From assembly GCA_963555755.3 (NCBI GenBank), contig OY820905.2, positions 2,784,001-2,848,000 on the forward strand: a DNA stretch of 64,000 nucleotides. Reading direction: 5' to 3'. The notes under the pieces are model-generated. The model was not told the DNA's origin. It worked only from the letters and a program-made list of their open reading frames with translations, and did not search any database. Position 1 is the stretch's first letter. Each line of letters opens with the position of its first letter. The stretch comes from Nitrospirales bacterium (lineage in GTDB: Bacteria > Nitrospirota > Nitrospiria > Nitrospirales > UBA8639). Both the position numbers and the translations under genes were made by a program. Shown piece by piece: positions 1 through 9,042 of this stretch.

Positions 1-205
1 ACGCGGCCTCGCTGTATAAGCTCAACGCCATGGTGTAGTACACCACGGCAGAAGCGGGAAAGGTGCGGACACGTTCACTGTTACAATGATGTGCGTCAAG
101 TTCTTCGTTGATGATGGCCACCGGAAAGGCACGAGCCAGTAATCCCGTGCTCAAATAATCCGCCAATCGAGCCCCCGCCCCCAAGCCGACTTTCTTTCTT
201 GCCAT
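1..205 (-). CDS. IS4-family transposase, N-terminal part
   Basis: Hand translation MARKKVGLGAGARLADYLSTGLLARAFP...VVYYTMALSLY resembles the IS4 N-terminal domain; GGAGGAG RBS; not in ORF track. Confidence 0.8.
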   Translation of the reverse strand, partial: MARKKVGLGAGARLADYLSTGLLARAFPVAIINEELDAHHCNSERVRTFPASAVVYYTMALSLYSEAA

Positions 206-272
206 GTTGCCTCCTCCCAGATTACGTGTGGAGGCGAAGTATAACAGATTTTCATCTAAGTGAACAGTATTG
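1..272 (-). mobile_element. IS4-family insertion sequence, left end (truncated by window)
   Basis: Minus strand begins CAATACTGTTCACTTAG at 272, an IS4-like terminus, and leads into a transposase N-terminus. Confidence 0.75.
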
Positions 273-290
273 GGACCTGAGGGGAATTCT

Positions 291-665
291 TTATCTCTTG
301 TTTTTAGAAGTCTGCAAGTGCTGTTGAAGACTAGGAGAATTTTGAATGAACGGATTCAGTCGTCCAAATTTCGAAGCTTTTTGAAAATGACGAGAGGCTT
401 TTTCCCGTTGGCCCATTTGATTATAGGCGAGGGCTAAATTGTAGTGGGCGACCGCGGATCGCGGATTCGTCTTTAGGGACTTTTGAAAGTGTGAGATCGC
501 GGAATCAAAGTTGCGTTGATTATATTGACCAACCCCATCATTGATGGAAACAGCCCCTTTAGTGCCTGACAACGGCATGATAGCCTGACCCCAGGAAAGT
601 GAACAGACCGCGATACTCCATATGGTGGCCATTCCAATGAACAGGATTTTACGTAAACTTGGCAT
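291..665 (-). CDS. Exported TPR-repeat protein
   Basis: Signal-like N-terminus from MPSLRK; TPR motif AVAHYNLALAYNQMG. Confidence 0.75.
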   Translation of the reverse strand: MPSLRKILFIGMATIWSIAVCSLSWGQAIMPLSGTKGAVSINDGVGQYNQRNFDSAISHFQKSLKTNPRSAVAHYNLALAYNQMGQREKASRHFQKASKFGRLNPFIQNSPSLQQHLQTSKNKR

Positions 666-742
666 AGCTTCCTCCTTGATTAGTCTATTCGTTACATCGG
701 AGAAGCAAAGCAATTTATTGAGGATAGACGAAAAGGCCTCGG

Positions 743-892
743 CTAGGAGCCTGTGAAAGATTAAACAGTTCTACTGTGGATGCGCCGGATTTGGCCGGAT
801 TTTCCAATCCTTTTCGTTGAATAGCTCACCTATTCGTGCCTCCAATGATCGATCTGACTCAAACCAGCACAATCTCGCGACAATCCCAAATC
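743..892. repeat. Family F palindromic element, right end replaced by a family C end
   Basis: Reverse-complement match to 32936-33231 (TTTTCGTTGAATAG...ATCTGACTCAAACCAGCAC). Confidence 0.75.
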
Positions 893-933
893 TGGGCCTC
901 CCAATTGTACCGATTATTTCGTGACGGACCCTT
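887..933. repeat. Family C right end (partial)
   Basis: CAAATCTGGGCC..CCAATTGTACCGAT.ATTTCGTGACGGACCCT matches the end of 3759-4023. Confidence 0.8.
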
Positions 934-1095
934 AGGGTTCGCCCAAGAATAACTTCCCATGTTTGGGTGCTGAGACGCCTGTCTGGCAAGGCGCGAGGAC
1001 TGCGCATACTCCGCGTATGGAAAGGACGAGCAACGCCGGCAGACGGGATGGATCGACGCCCAAACATGGGAAGTTATTCTTGGGCGAACCCTAAG
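931..1095. repeat. Family A MITE-like palindromic element, copy 1
   Basis: Perfect terminal inverted arms of at least 33 bp (GGGTTCGCCCAAGAAT...); homologs at 49311 and 58433. Confidence 0.9.
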
Positions 1096-2438
1096 TCAGG
1101 GATAAGAATAAGGCACCAGGGTGGAGGCTCTTCGCTCATCTGAGAGAATTGCTGGGCGGTGAAACTGGCAGGCATGTCTGAAAACACTGCACCCCGTCGA
1201 ACTTCAACATAGCCAAATCGAAACCCTTCTGAGCCACGAGGGTGTGGGGTGAGCGTGTGTGGCAACTGGATCCTCAAGGGTGTCACATTCGACAGACAGC
1301 AGCGCTCGCCTTCTTTCAACGATGAAAGCGATTCATACACCTGCTTGAAGATCCCCGGTAGATTCTCCTGAGTAAATACGACATTGGATGGGCGCATGGA
1401 CTCATCGTCGACAAGCTGGGACAGGATTTCCCAAAATACTTCGGCATCGATGGACGACAGTATGCAGAGTTGCCCCCTTCGGGCCATGAGATCCAGCAGG
1501 GCAAGCGGGCCGCGAATGGCAAACTTCCAGGACGGAAAGAGGAGCGTTCGCCCTCGGTGATGGACCTCTAAGGCCTCTTCACCATTCACGTGAACGGTTT
1601 TGAAATCTCCCTTTGTTCGCTTCAAATGCTCCTGGATTGTATTCTGCGAAAGGCGTGTTGGTTCAAAAGCAAACGTGGGAGTGGCGGGAGCATGACAGGT
1701 GACAATGGAATACGTGTTCAGTAACTCGCGGGGCGTGGTGAGATCCAGCATATCCTTCGCGCCCCAAAATCGAAAGTGGAGGTACTCGAGCGGGTGTTGA
1801 GACAAGCGAGCCAAACGTTCCTGGCTGGCATGATACACTCCTCCAAACTGAGATCCAGTTTGAAGACGATCAAGCGCATGGAGTGTCAGCAATTGACCGG
1901 CATTCTGGATTTGTGGGAGATACTGAGTGAGCAGTGCTTCCTCAAACGATAAATCCCCAGCGCCAAGGTCTAGTAATGATGGGTCGCCAACTTTAAGGAG
2001 CCAATCGTATGGATTGGTGTGGGTCCGAACAAAATCTTCCAGTTCTTGTGGATCGAAGGTGTCATCACGCTGGCTCTCCTGGTCAACCAGGTCGAAGTAG
2101 AGACAGAGTACCCGAATGGCTTTGGTTGCTGGAAGACCCGTCAACTCTTTGAGGCGATCGGCATGCACATTCGACTTTGATGAAGTGTTTCCTGGTGATG
2201 GCAGGGCGGCAAGCAACATTTCTTGGATCGCCGGTTGGCAGCTACTCTGGGGAATGCGTTCGATCAGCTGCTCAAGTGTTGCGGGAAGGGAACGTGGCTC
2301 GACCAATTTTCTGGTCAATTCCCAGCCTAAGGCGTGTTCCTGCTTGGCCTGCTTTACTTGGTGACGGAATTGGCTCAAGGCGTTCTTCTGAGAAGAATCG
2401 TTAGAAGATGGTGTATGCGTGCGAGGGTCGAGTGCCAC
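1074..2438 (-). CDS. Hypothetical protein with a glycine-rich SAM-binding-like motif
   Basis: 454-aa ORF; LLDLGAGD motif; stop codon lies inside the family A repeat. Confidence 0.7.
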   Translation of the reverse strand: MALDPRTHTPSSNDSSQKNALSQFRHQVKQAKQEHALGWELTRKLVEPRSLPATLEQLIERIPQSSCQPAIQEMLLAALPSPGNTSSKSNVHADRLKELTGLPATKAIRVLCLYFDLVDQESQRDDTFDPQELEDFVRTHTNPYDWLLKVGDPSLLDLGAGDLSFEEALLTQYLPQIQNAGQLLTLHALDRLQTGSQFGGVYHASQERLARLSQHPLEYLHFRFWGAKDMLDLTTPRELLNTYSIVTCHAPATPTFAFEPTRLSQNTIQEHLKRTKGDFKTVHVNGEEALEVHHRGRTLLFPSWKFAIRGPLALLDLMARRGQLCILSSIDAEVFWEILSQLVDDESMRPSNVVFTQENLPGIFKQVYESLSSLKEGERCCLSNVTPLRIQLPHTLTPHPRGSEGFRFGYVEVRRGAVFSDMPASFTAQQFSQMSEEPPPWCLILIPDLGFAQE

Positions 2439-2521
2439 GATCGGAGCCTATCCATCGCCTTGATGATGCGTCAAGCGTACGATATCGTTAAGTTGCGGAG
2501 GAGGACCCCCTGTGTTACATC

Positions 2522-3505
2522 ATGGCCATGCTGCGACCGATTCCGTGGGTGTTTCGAAACGTTTTTGTGTGCACGGTTTTCGCTGTTGGGGCAATTTTAT
2601 CGACAACGGCCTGTGCCACCACGCCATCCCACCCGGCCTATCAACAGGGTCAGATTATTGATCCTGCCAAAAACGTCACCATGTCTTTTTCTGAGTTCCG
2701 GTCTGTACTGTTAGGAACCGATGTCATTTATATCGGTGAAGCCCATTACACCCCCTCCCATATTGAAGCAGCGCTTCAAGTGCTGCAGACCCTCCTTGAC
2801 GAGGGCCGAACTCCTATTTTAGGGATGGAAATGTTTAGCTGGGACGGACAGGGTGGCCTGGATCGTTACTTGAATGGAGAAGTGACCAGGATCGAGGAAT
2901 TTTTGGCCGAATCACAATGGAAAAATAATTGGGGTGGGAAATATGCAGACTACTCCCCACTCGTCGATTTTGCCAAAACGCATGAATTGAAATTGCTGGG
3001 CCTCAATCCTCCTCGCCCGCTCGTGCGTAAAGTCGTTCAAAAAGGGTTAAGTGGAATTGGGGGCGATCCGGATGTGAAAAAATGGAATATTCCCGATCCA
3101 TTCCCTGCTGACGATCCTGAGTACCGTGGAATTATTTTCGAGCAAATTGAAAAGTGTCATGGAGGCATGTCTCAGGAGGTCTACCAAAAAATCTATGAAG
3201 CCTCAGTCTTTCGAGATGAGGGAATGGCCTCTGTTATTACCACCACGATGTCCAGATTAGGAACTTCGGGCCCCAGGACTTTTGTGAGTTACACGGGTGC
3301 CGGGCATATTCAATATGGGCTGCCCATTCCAAAACGGGTTCAACGACAATTAGGGACACCCGTTCGGCAGGTGACAGTGTACCTCCACGCACTAGACCCT
3401 GAATACTCCGAAGATGTCGACCATTTGATCGATGAACAGATCGCGGATTTCGTGTGGCTCACTTCCTTGGGCCCTCAAGGAAGGCAACCTGGCTGTGGGG
3501 AATAG
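2522..3505 (+). CDS. ChaN-family (heme-uptake-like) lipoprotein
   Basis: Lipobox-like TTAC; VIYIGEAH, LGMEMF, RDEGMA and GAGH motifs. Confidence 0.75.
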   Translation: MAMLRPIPWVFRNVFVCTVFAVGAILSTTACATTPSHPAYQQGQIIDPAKNVTMSFSEFRSVLLGTDVIYIGEAHYTPSHIEAALQVLQTLLDEGRTPILGMEMFSWDGQGGLDRYLNGEVTRIEEFLAESQWKNNWGGKYADYSPLVDFAKTHELKLLGLNPPRPLVRKVVQKGLSGIGGDPDVKKWNIPDPFPADDPEYRGIIFEQIEKCHGGMSQEVYQKIYEASVFRDEGMASVITTTMSRLGTSGPRTFVSYTGAGHIQYGLPIPKRVQRQLGTPVRQVTVYLHALDPEYSEDVDHLIDEQIADFVWLTSLGPQGRQPGCGE

Positions 3506-3537
3506 ACGGTATTGTGAAACAAGGATAACGGACATGT

Positions 3538-3678
3538 GGGCACCTCTAAAAACCAGGCATTTTTTGTGAGGGCAAGGAAGCCGCGCGCGGAAAACCCGAG
3601 TGTATGGGCGAATACATGAGGATGTGAGCATGCGGCTGACGCCGCCATCACGAAAAAGGACGGTTTTTAGAGGTGCCC
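3538..3678. repeat. Family B MITE-like element, copy 1
   Basis: TIR GGGCACCTCTAAAAACC / GGTTTTTAGAGGTGCCC; near-identical to 5549-5691. Confidence 0.9.
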
Positions 3679-3758
3679 ATGTGTATATTCTTCACGAAAT
3701 ACGAGATGCGAATGACGGTTTTTTCACGAGCCACAAACTTTGAGACGCAGATTTTCTT

Positions 3759-4023
3759 AGGGTCCGTCACGAAATAACCAGTACAATTGGCCGAGACGAT
3801 TTTGGAGCGAGTCAAGGAGCAAAGAGCGCGCATACCGGGAGTATGGAAGCAATGCTCGACGCCGGCGGAGCCCAAAAGCGTCCGGCCCTCCGGGGAGGCC
3901 CATCTTTGGCCCGGGGCGGCGTTGCTCCCCGGTCATAGAGCCCCGCTAGGCTCCCTCGTCGGGCCTTGCCCCGATCACAAATCTGGGCCGCCCAATTGTA
4001 CCGATGATTTCGTGACGGACCCT
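3759..4023. repeat. Family C element, long double-core form
   Basis: TIR AGGGTCCGTCACGAAAT / ATTTCGTGACGGACCCT; homolog at 62344. Confidence 0.88.
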
Positions 4024-4050
4024 TAACCAAGAAAACCAAAGGAGAACACC

Positions 4051-4296
4051 ATGAGCGATCCCATAATTATTGCGCAACGCATGCCGTATGTTATGGAAAT
4101 GGAGCCGGGCAAGTATTATTGGTGCCGGTGCGGAAGGTCCCAAACCCAGCCTTTTTGTGATGGATCACACACAGGAACGGAGCATTCGCCAGTGGAAGTC
4201 GAGTTAACGAAAAAGAAAAAGGTGGCGTGGTGTGGCTGCAAGCATACGAAAAATCCACCATTTTGCGATGGTACGCATTCCCAACTGGAGGAATAA
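4051..4296 (+). CDS. CDGSH iron-sulfur domain protein (two domains)
   Basis: WCRCGRS..PFCDGSH and WCGCK..PFCDGTH; AAGGAG RBS. Confidence 0.92.
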   Translation: MSDPIIIAQRMPYVMEMEPGKYYWCRCGRSQTQPFCDGSHTGTEHSPVEVELTKKKKVAWCGCKHTKNPPFCDGTHSQLEE

Positions 4297-4418
4297 CTGC
4301 GAGAAGGCGAGAATTTTGCTTGCGTCTTCCCTAGGAATTTTTATAAAATTGCAATCCGGTGAATTCTCGGACAATATTTTGAAATTATTTTCAAAGTGAC
4401 CATAAGGAGGGCCAGAGA

Positions 4419-4589
4419 ATGAAAAAGACAATTCAAGGACTACTCGGTGGAGCTTTATTGCTAACCAGTGCGACCCCAGCGTTGGCCAATCCTGGTGGTG
4501 GGTATGAAGGTATCACCGGGTTGTACTATTCGATCATTGCCTGCATTTTGGCTTACGGTTGCTACGACATTTTCTTTAAAAAAGAGTAG
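4419..4589 (+). CDS. Small 56-aa protein with signal peptide and one TM segment
   Basis: MKKTIQGLLGGALLLTSATPALANPGGGYEGITGLYYSIIACILAYGCYDIFFKKE; TAAGGAGG RBS; downstream terminator; below ORF-track cutoff. Confidence 0.8.
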   Translation: MKKTIQGLLGGALLLTSATPALANPGGGYEGITGLYYSIIACILAYGCYDIFFKKE

Positions 4590-4626
4590 TCCAGGCTGAA
4601 GCCCTGTCAAACTGTGAATTTGACTG

Positions 4627-4680
4627 AAACCCCTTGTTATTCTGGAGACAAAGTGTCCCAGGGTAACAGGGGGTTTTTTG
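4627..4680 (+). terminator. Intrinsic terminator
   Basis: AAACCCCTTGTTA...TAACAGGGGGTTTTTTG hairpin plus U tract. Confidence 0.7.
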
Positions 4681-4698
4681 TTCCTGAAGCCAATAGGA

Positions 4699-5457
4699 TT
4701 AGAGGGATCGGCGAAGTTTTAATAATGGTTCCAATGCCGTCATGACGGTATCGGCGACAATGTGGTAGCCAGCGGCCATAGGGTGCATCCCATCTGCTTG
4801 ATTGAGTTCTGGTTTGGCTGCGACCCCTTCGAGCAGAAAAGGAATCAGTGTCACATGGTGTTCACGAGCCAATTGCTCAAACATGGATGAAAAACCCTTG
4901 GTATAGTCCGGCCCATAATTTGGAGGAATCTTCATCCCTGCCAATACCACAGCAGCCTCGGCATCCTTTAATCGTGTAATGATTTCGTCTAAATTGGAAT
5001 ACATACCCTCCAAGGGTTGTCCCCGCATCGCATCGTTCACCCCCAATTCGAGAATGACAATGGATGGCCTGCTTTTGAGCACCCAATTCAAGCGACGCAA
5101 TCCACCCGCCGTGGTGTCGCCGCTCACCCCTGCATTAATCACTTCATAGTGATACCCTGCCTTATTGAGCCGCTGCTGAAGTTGGGCCGGATACGATTGG
5201 TCGGGTGACACCCCAAGACCTGCCGTGAGGCTATTTCCAAATGCGACTATTCTGGGGTAGTCACTTTTGATGTTGGTCTGAGAGGTGGAGGTCGCAGATC
5301 CAGAAACGGGCGCCGAATTGGGCAAAGACAGAGACGGAATTTCTGAATCACACCCTCCAAACACCAAGATAAGCCAAAGGCACAAAATCCACGTTCTGCC
5401 TCGTGGCCAACAGACAGTTGGAGAATGACGTGGCTGCAGTGGAAGTAAATGAGGCAT
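4699..5457 (-). CDS. Arylesterase / TesA-like SGNH (GDSL) hydrolase, probable lipoprotein
   Basis: FGNSLTAG, NAGVSGDTT, LGVND and DGMHP motifs; ORF-track N-extension comes from repeat B; start uncertain. Confidence 0.88.
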   Translation of the reverse strand: MPHLLPLQPRHSPTVCWPRGRTWILCLWLILVFGGCDSEIPSLSLPNSAPVSGSATSTSQTNIKSDYPRIVAFGNSLTAGLGVSPDQSYPAQLQQRLNKAGYHYEVINAGVSGDTTAGGLRRLNWVLKSRPSIVILELGVNDAMRGQPLEGMYSNLDEIITRLKDAEAAVVLAGMKIPPNYGPDYTKGFSSMFEQLAREHHVTLIPFLLEGVAAKPELNQADGMHPMAAGYHIVADTVMTALEPLLKLRRSL

Positions 5458-5548
5458 AAGGTTGCAGGCACCAGAGAATGGGACGAAACCCCGCTTCAAA
5501 AAACCCTGCGAGAAAATTAAGGTCAGGATTTTTTTTGAGAGTATCGCA

Positions 5549-5691
5549 AGGGCGCCTCTAAAAACCAGGCATTTTTTGTGAGGGCAAGGAAGCCGCGCGC
5601 GGAAAACCGGAATGTATGGGCGAATACATGAGGATGTGAGCACGCGGCTGACGCCGCCATCACGGAAAAGGACGGTTTTTAGAGGTGCCCT
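5549..5691. repeat. Family B element, copy 2
   Basis: Near-identical to 3538-3678. Confidence 0.9.
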
Positions 5692-5765
5692 CAAGAAAGT
5701 TCAAGAACGGGCATCGAGTGACGAACCAGGAAAACGCCGCCGACCCCCTTTTTCAACATTCCCTA

Positions 5766-6116
5766 TCACGGTCGATATCGGAACAGCCAGGAGAAGTACA
5801 TGCCGGCGATAGCAATCGTGACTAATTCAATCGATTGAAGCAACCGGCTAATCACTGCTCCAGGTTCCGGACGGGACATGATAAAATGCATGCCCAAATA
5901 GGCGGGCGGCTCTCCTGGTGCAGCTTCCCAGGGCGGAAAGAGCACAGCCATAATTAGCAGACCTACCATAATGTAGAGAATGCGGAGGTTTAATATTTCT
6001 TTGGCCCGCTCGGCATACAAAGAATCGCTCGACAAGGGCTTTCCGCAATTGGGACAAAGCCGAACGTGACTTGGCAGACTCTGCCCACATGCCGTGCAAG
6101 ATTTTGGTTCACTCAT
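5766..6116 (-). CDS. Zinc-ribbon membrane protein
   Basis: CxxC...CPNCG followed by two hydrophobic segments. Confidence 0.7.
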   Translation of the reverse strand: MSEPKSCTACGQSLPSHVRLCPNCGKPLSSDSLYAERAKEILNLRILYIMVGLLIMAVLFPPWEAAPGEPPAYLGMHFIMSRPEPGAVISRLLQSIELVTIAIAGMYFSWLFRYRP

Positions 6117-6267
6117 TGACCGACCTAAACCGTGTTCTAGTACAGGGCATCACGAACGGAAGGTAGCGAATTAATGTTACGCTGTACCACGTTGAATTGA
6201 CAGTTCTAGGAGTCGATTCTTATAATCCCGCACTCTTTTTCCATTCTGCGTTTTTCTGAGGCATTCC

Positions 6268-7326
6268 ATGACTACTACTCCTTCCTCCATCCGTCGCGCC
6301 GCTGTTATTGGCGCTGGGGCCTGGGGAACATCCTTAGCGCGACATTTGGCAGAAAATGCGCTGACCGTCAAGCTCTGGGCCTATGAAGCGGAAGTTGTCG
6401 AGGCCATCAACACCAACAAAGAAAACTCCGTATTTTTGCCTGGCGTTTCCCTCCCGGCTTCGCTCACAGCAACATCTTCGTTCACGGATGCCCTGTGTGA
6501 TGCGGACCTCCTCCTTCTGGCGGTCCCATCTCATGCCATGCGGTCCGTGATCAAAAAAATGAAACCGATTCCTTCCGAGGCGTTACCAATCATCGTGGCC
6601 ACCAAAGGGATTGAAGAAGATACCCTTAAACTGATGACCCAGGTGCTCCAGGAATTATTGCCATCAAACTGGGCTCATGGAATTTCTGTGCTGACCGGGC
6701 CAAGTTTTGCCGCGGAGGTGTGTCAATCAAAACCCACGACGGTTCTCTTGGCTGGTCAAGACTCGACCCTCACGACTCAATTGCAATCAGTGTTCATGAC
6801 TTCTTCGTTTCGAGTGTACACGGGAAGCGACCTGATTGGGGCTCAATTAGGCGGCGCCCTCAAAAACGTGATGGCGATTGCCGCCGGCGTGGTCGATGGG
6901 CTCAACCTCGGTGCGAATGCGCGAGCAGCATTAATCACCCGAGGCCTCGCGGAAATCATTCGACTAGGCGTCGCACTCGGTGCAGATGTGCATACGTTTT
7001 ATGGGCTTTCCGGATTGGGTGACCTCGTCCTCACCTGCACCGGATCACTCAGTCGGAATTACTCGGTCGGGCTCAAGCTTGGGCAAGGGGAATCGTTGGA
7101 CAAAATTTTGAAGGATACAATCACCGTAGCAGAAGGCATTCGGACAACTCGTGCGGCCATGAGCCTTGCCACACAACTTCATGTCGAGATGCCGATTGTT
7201 CAGAGTATCCACGCTCTGTTATTTGAAGGCCAATCAGCCCGACAAGCGGTGGAGGATTTGATGACTCGATCGGCCAAAGAAGAAACGTACCGCTCACCCA
7301 CGGAAACCCCCACAAGCGAGAAATAG
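6268..7326 (+). CDS. gpsA: NAD(P)H-dependent glycerol-3-phosphate dehydrogenase
   Basis: GAGAWGT, GGALKNV, GLGDLVLTC and SRN motifs. Confidence 0.96.
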   Translation: MTTTPSSIRRAAVIGAGAWGTSLARHLAENALTVKLWAYEAEVVEAINTNKENSVFLPGVSLPASLTATSSFTDALCDADLLLLAVPSHAMRSVIKKMKPIPSEALPIIVATKGIEEDTLKLMTQVLQELLPSNWAHGISVLTGPSFAAEVCQSKPTTVLLAGQDSTLTTQLQSVFMTSSFRVYTGSDLIGAQLGGALKNVMAIAAGVVDGLNLGANARAALITRGLAEIIRLGVALGADVHTFYGLSGLGDLVLTCTGSLSRNYSVGLKLGQGESLDKILKDTITVAEGIRTTRAAMSLATQLHVEMPIVQSIHALLFEGQSARQAVEDLMTRSAKEETYRSPTETPTSEK

Positions 7327-7328
7327 AC

Positions 7329-8108
7329 ATGGATCGCTCGGCCTTACAGTTGCTTCTCCAACAAGTTCAGAAAGGATCGCTTTCTGTCCAACGCGCGCTT
7401 GACCAACTTCAGACCCTTCCATACGAAAATCTTGGATTTGCGAAAATTGATCATCATCGGACGCTCCGCCACGGTGTGCCAGAAGCGATTCTTTGTGAAG
7501 GCAAGACTGAAGCTCAAATCATCGCCATTGCCAAGGGGCTCATGAAAAAAAAGGTCCCTGTGCTGGCCACACGGGCCAATCCCACCATTGCACGAGCCTT
7601 GAAACGGATCAGCCGCCGCGCAGTGTATGAGAAAGATGCCCGCATGGTGGTCATTCAATCGACCGTCCCCCAACCACAAGGAGATGTGTTGATTATCACC
7701 GCCGGCACTGCTGATATTCCGGTGGCGGAAGAAGCCAGAGTGACGGCAAGCGTGATGGGGAGTGCGGTGGAAACGCTCTTCGATGTTGGCGTCGCCGGGA
7801 TGCATCGCTTGCTCGACCATCTGGAGCGCATTCAGCGAGCCCGCGTGTTGATTGTGGTAGCCGGGATGGATGGTGTCTTACCGAGTGTCGTGGGGGGGCT
7901 TGTCAAAACACCGCTCATCGCGGTGCCGACAAGCCAAGGCTACGGCGCGAATTTTGGAGGCGTGGCCCCGCTGCTTACGATGCTAAATGCCTGTTCAGGG
8001 GGAATCGGGGTGATGAATATCGACAATGGCTTTGGTGCAGGCCATCTGGCTCACCGCATCAACTTGCTTACGGACTTGACGAAACCGAGTCGTGTACGTC
8101 CTCGGTAA
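7329..8108 (+). CDS. larB: Nickel-pincer cofactor biosynthesis protein LarB
   Basis: AKIDHHR, AGTADIPVAEEA, DVGVAG, NIDNGFGAG. Confidence 0.93.
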   Translation: MDRSALQLLLQQVQKGSLSVQRALDQLQTLPYENLGFAKIDHHRTLRHGVPEAILCEGKTEAQIIAIAKGLMKKKVPVLATRANPTIARALKRISRRAVYEKDARMVVIQSTVPQPQGDVLIITAGTADIPVAEEARVTASVMGSAVETLFDVGVAGMHRLLDHLERIQRARVLIVVAGMDGVLPSVVGGLVKTPLIAVPTSQGYGANFGGVAPLLTMLNACSGGIGVMNIDNGFGAGHLAHRINLLTDLTKPSRVRPR

Positions 8109-8766
8109 CCGTTCCTTCCAAGGCCTGTTCCTGAGCAGCAAGACCTTTATTTTCTGACACCTCGGCCTCAGCGATTGAAGGATTACCGCCAGCACCTATT
8201 TCCTCTGAAGGTGTGTCATCAGAGATCAATGGCACATGTTCCAAGTGTATCTCACTGTTTGTCAGGGACTCAGGCGAGGAAACTTCTAATTCCCCGCGTA
8301 CCCGCAGAGATACCATCTTGGTACGAGGAGGACCATCCGTATTCGACATTAACTTGGCTCGGATTTCGTATTTATACGTCCCGGCGCTAACTAATTGATT
8401 GGTCTGATCTTTTCCATCCCATAAGAGGGTGGTGCTGATCTTCGACTTGCCTCCGGAGACCACAGCCTCTTCGATCGGATGACGACTGTATAAGAATCGA
8501 ATCGAACGCTTCGAGGGAAAGCTGATCGTGGAAGACACTTCAAGCAAATCAACGTTGGATAGATTCTTGGGCAACCCCACATCAACTGTGATTGCGAGGG
8601 GTCCATTCCCAGGAGCAAAAGGCGTGGGGGAGGTGGAAATGTCCAGGATTTTTAACGGCGGCGGGCTATAGCGACGTTTTCGCTTGGCGTCTGCATCGCC
8701 CAGTTGCATGACCGGTGAGGCCAACGCAACCATGATCATGAAAATAATAAACCGCTTCCAACGCAT
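8068..8766 (-). CDS. Exported protein with FlgD-like Ig domain
   Basis: Signal peptide; LWDGKD...AGTYKY motif. Confidence 0.65.
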   Translation of the reverse strand: MRWKRFIIFMIMVALASPVMQLGDADAKRKRRYSPPPLKILDISTSPTPFAPGNGPLAITVDVGLPKNLSNVDLLEVSSTISFPSKRSIRFLYSRHPIEEAVVSGGKSKISTTLLWDGKDQTNQLVSAGTYKYEIRAKLMSNTDGPPRTKMVSLRVRGELEVSSPESLTNSEIHLEHVPLISDDTPSEEIGAGGNPSIAEAEVSENKGLAAQEQALEGTVTEDVHDSVSSSP

Positions 8767-9042
8767 ATGAGGGCAAATTCGGGTCAGTTACACATTCGTG
8801 AAAAGCACAGAGTCTTTGGTCTGGGCTCGGACAAAATCAACACAGGATTCTCAAATATTTCTGATATCCTTATACTTGATTGTACACAAAAAAAATTTTG
8901 CGTCTAGGAGGAATCAAGAAAAAATCATCTGGTTATTCCTAAATAGGTCCTTTTACTAAAAATCCTTGTCATTTTGGGTAAAATTTCGTATGTGCTTACC
9001 CCAAACTCGTGCACTGTTTGTTGACACAAGGAAAGGTCGAGC

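Noticed and set aside
771..1067. Many 60-190-aa ORFs over repeats (e.g. 771, 3787, 16989, 17859, 32900, 38042, 56755, 58430)
   Set aside because: They are translations of repeat families A-F; the same peptides recur wherever the repeat occurs
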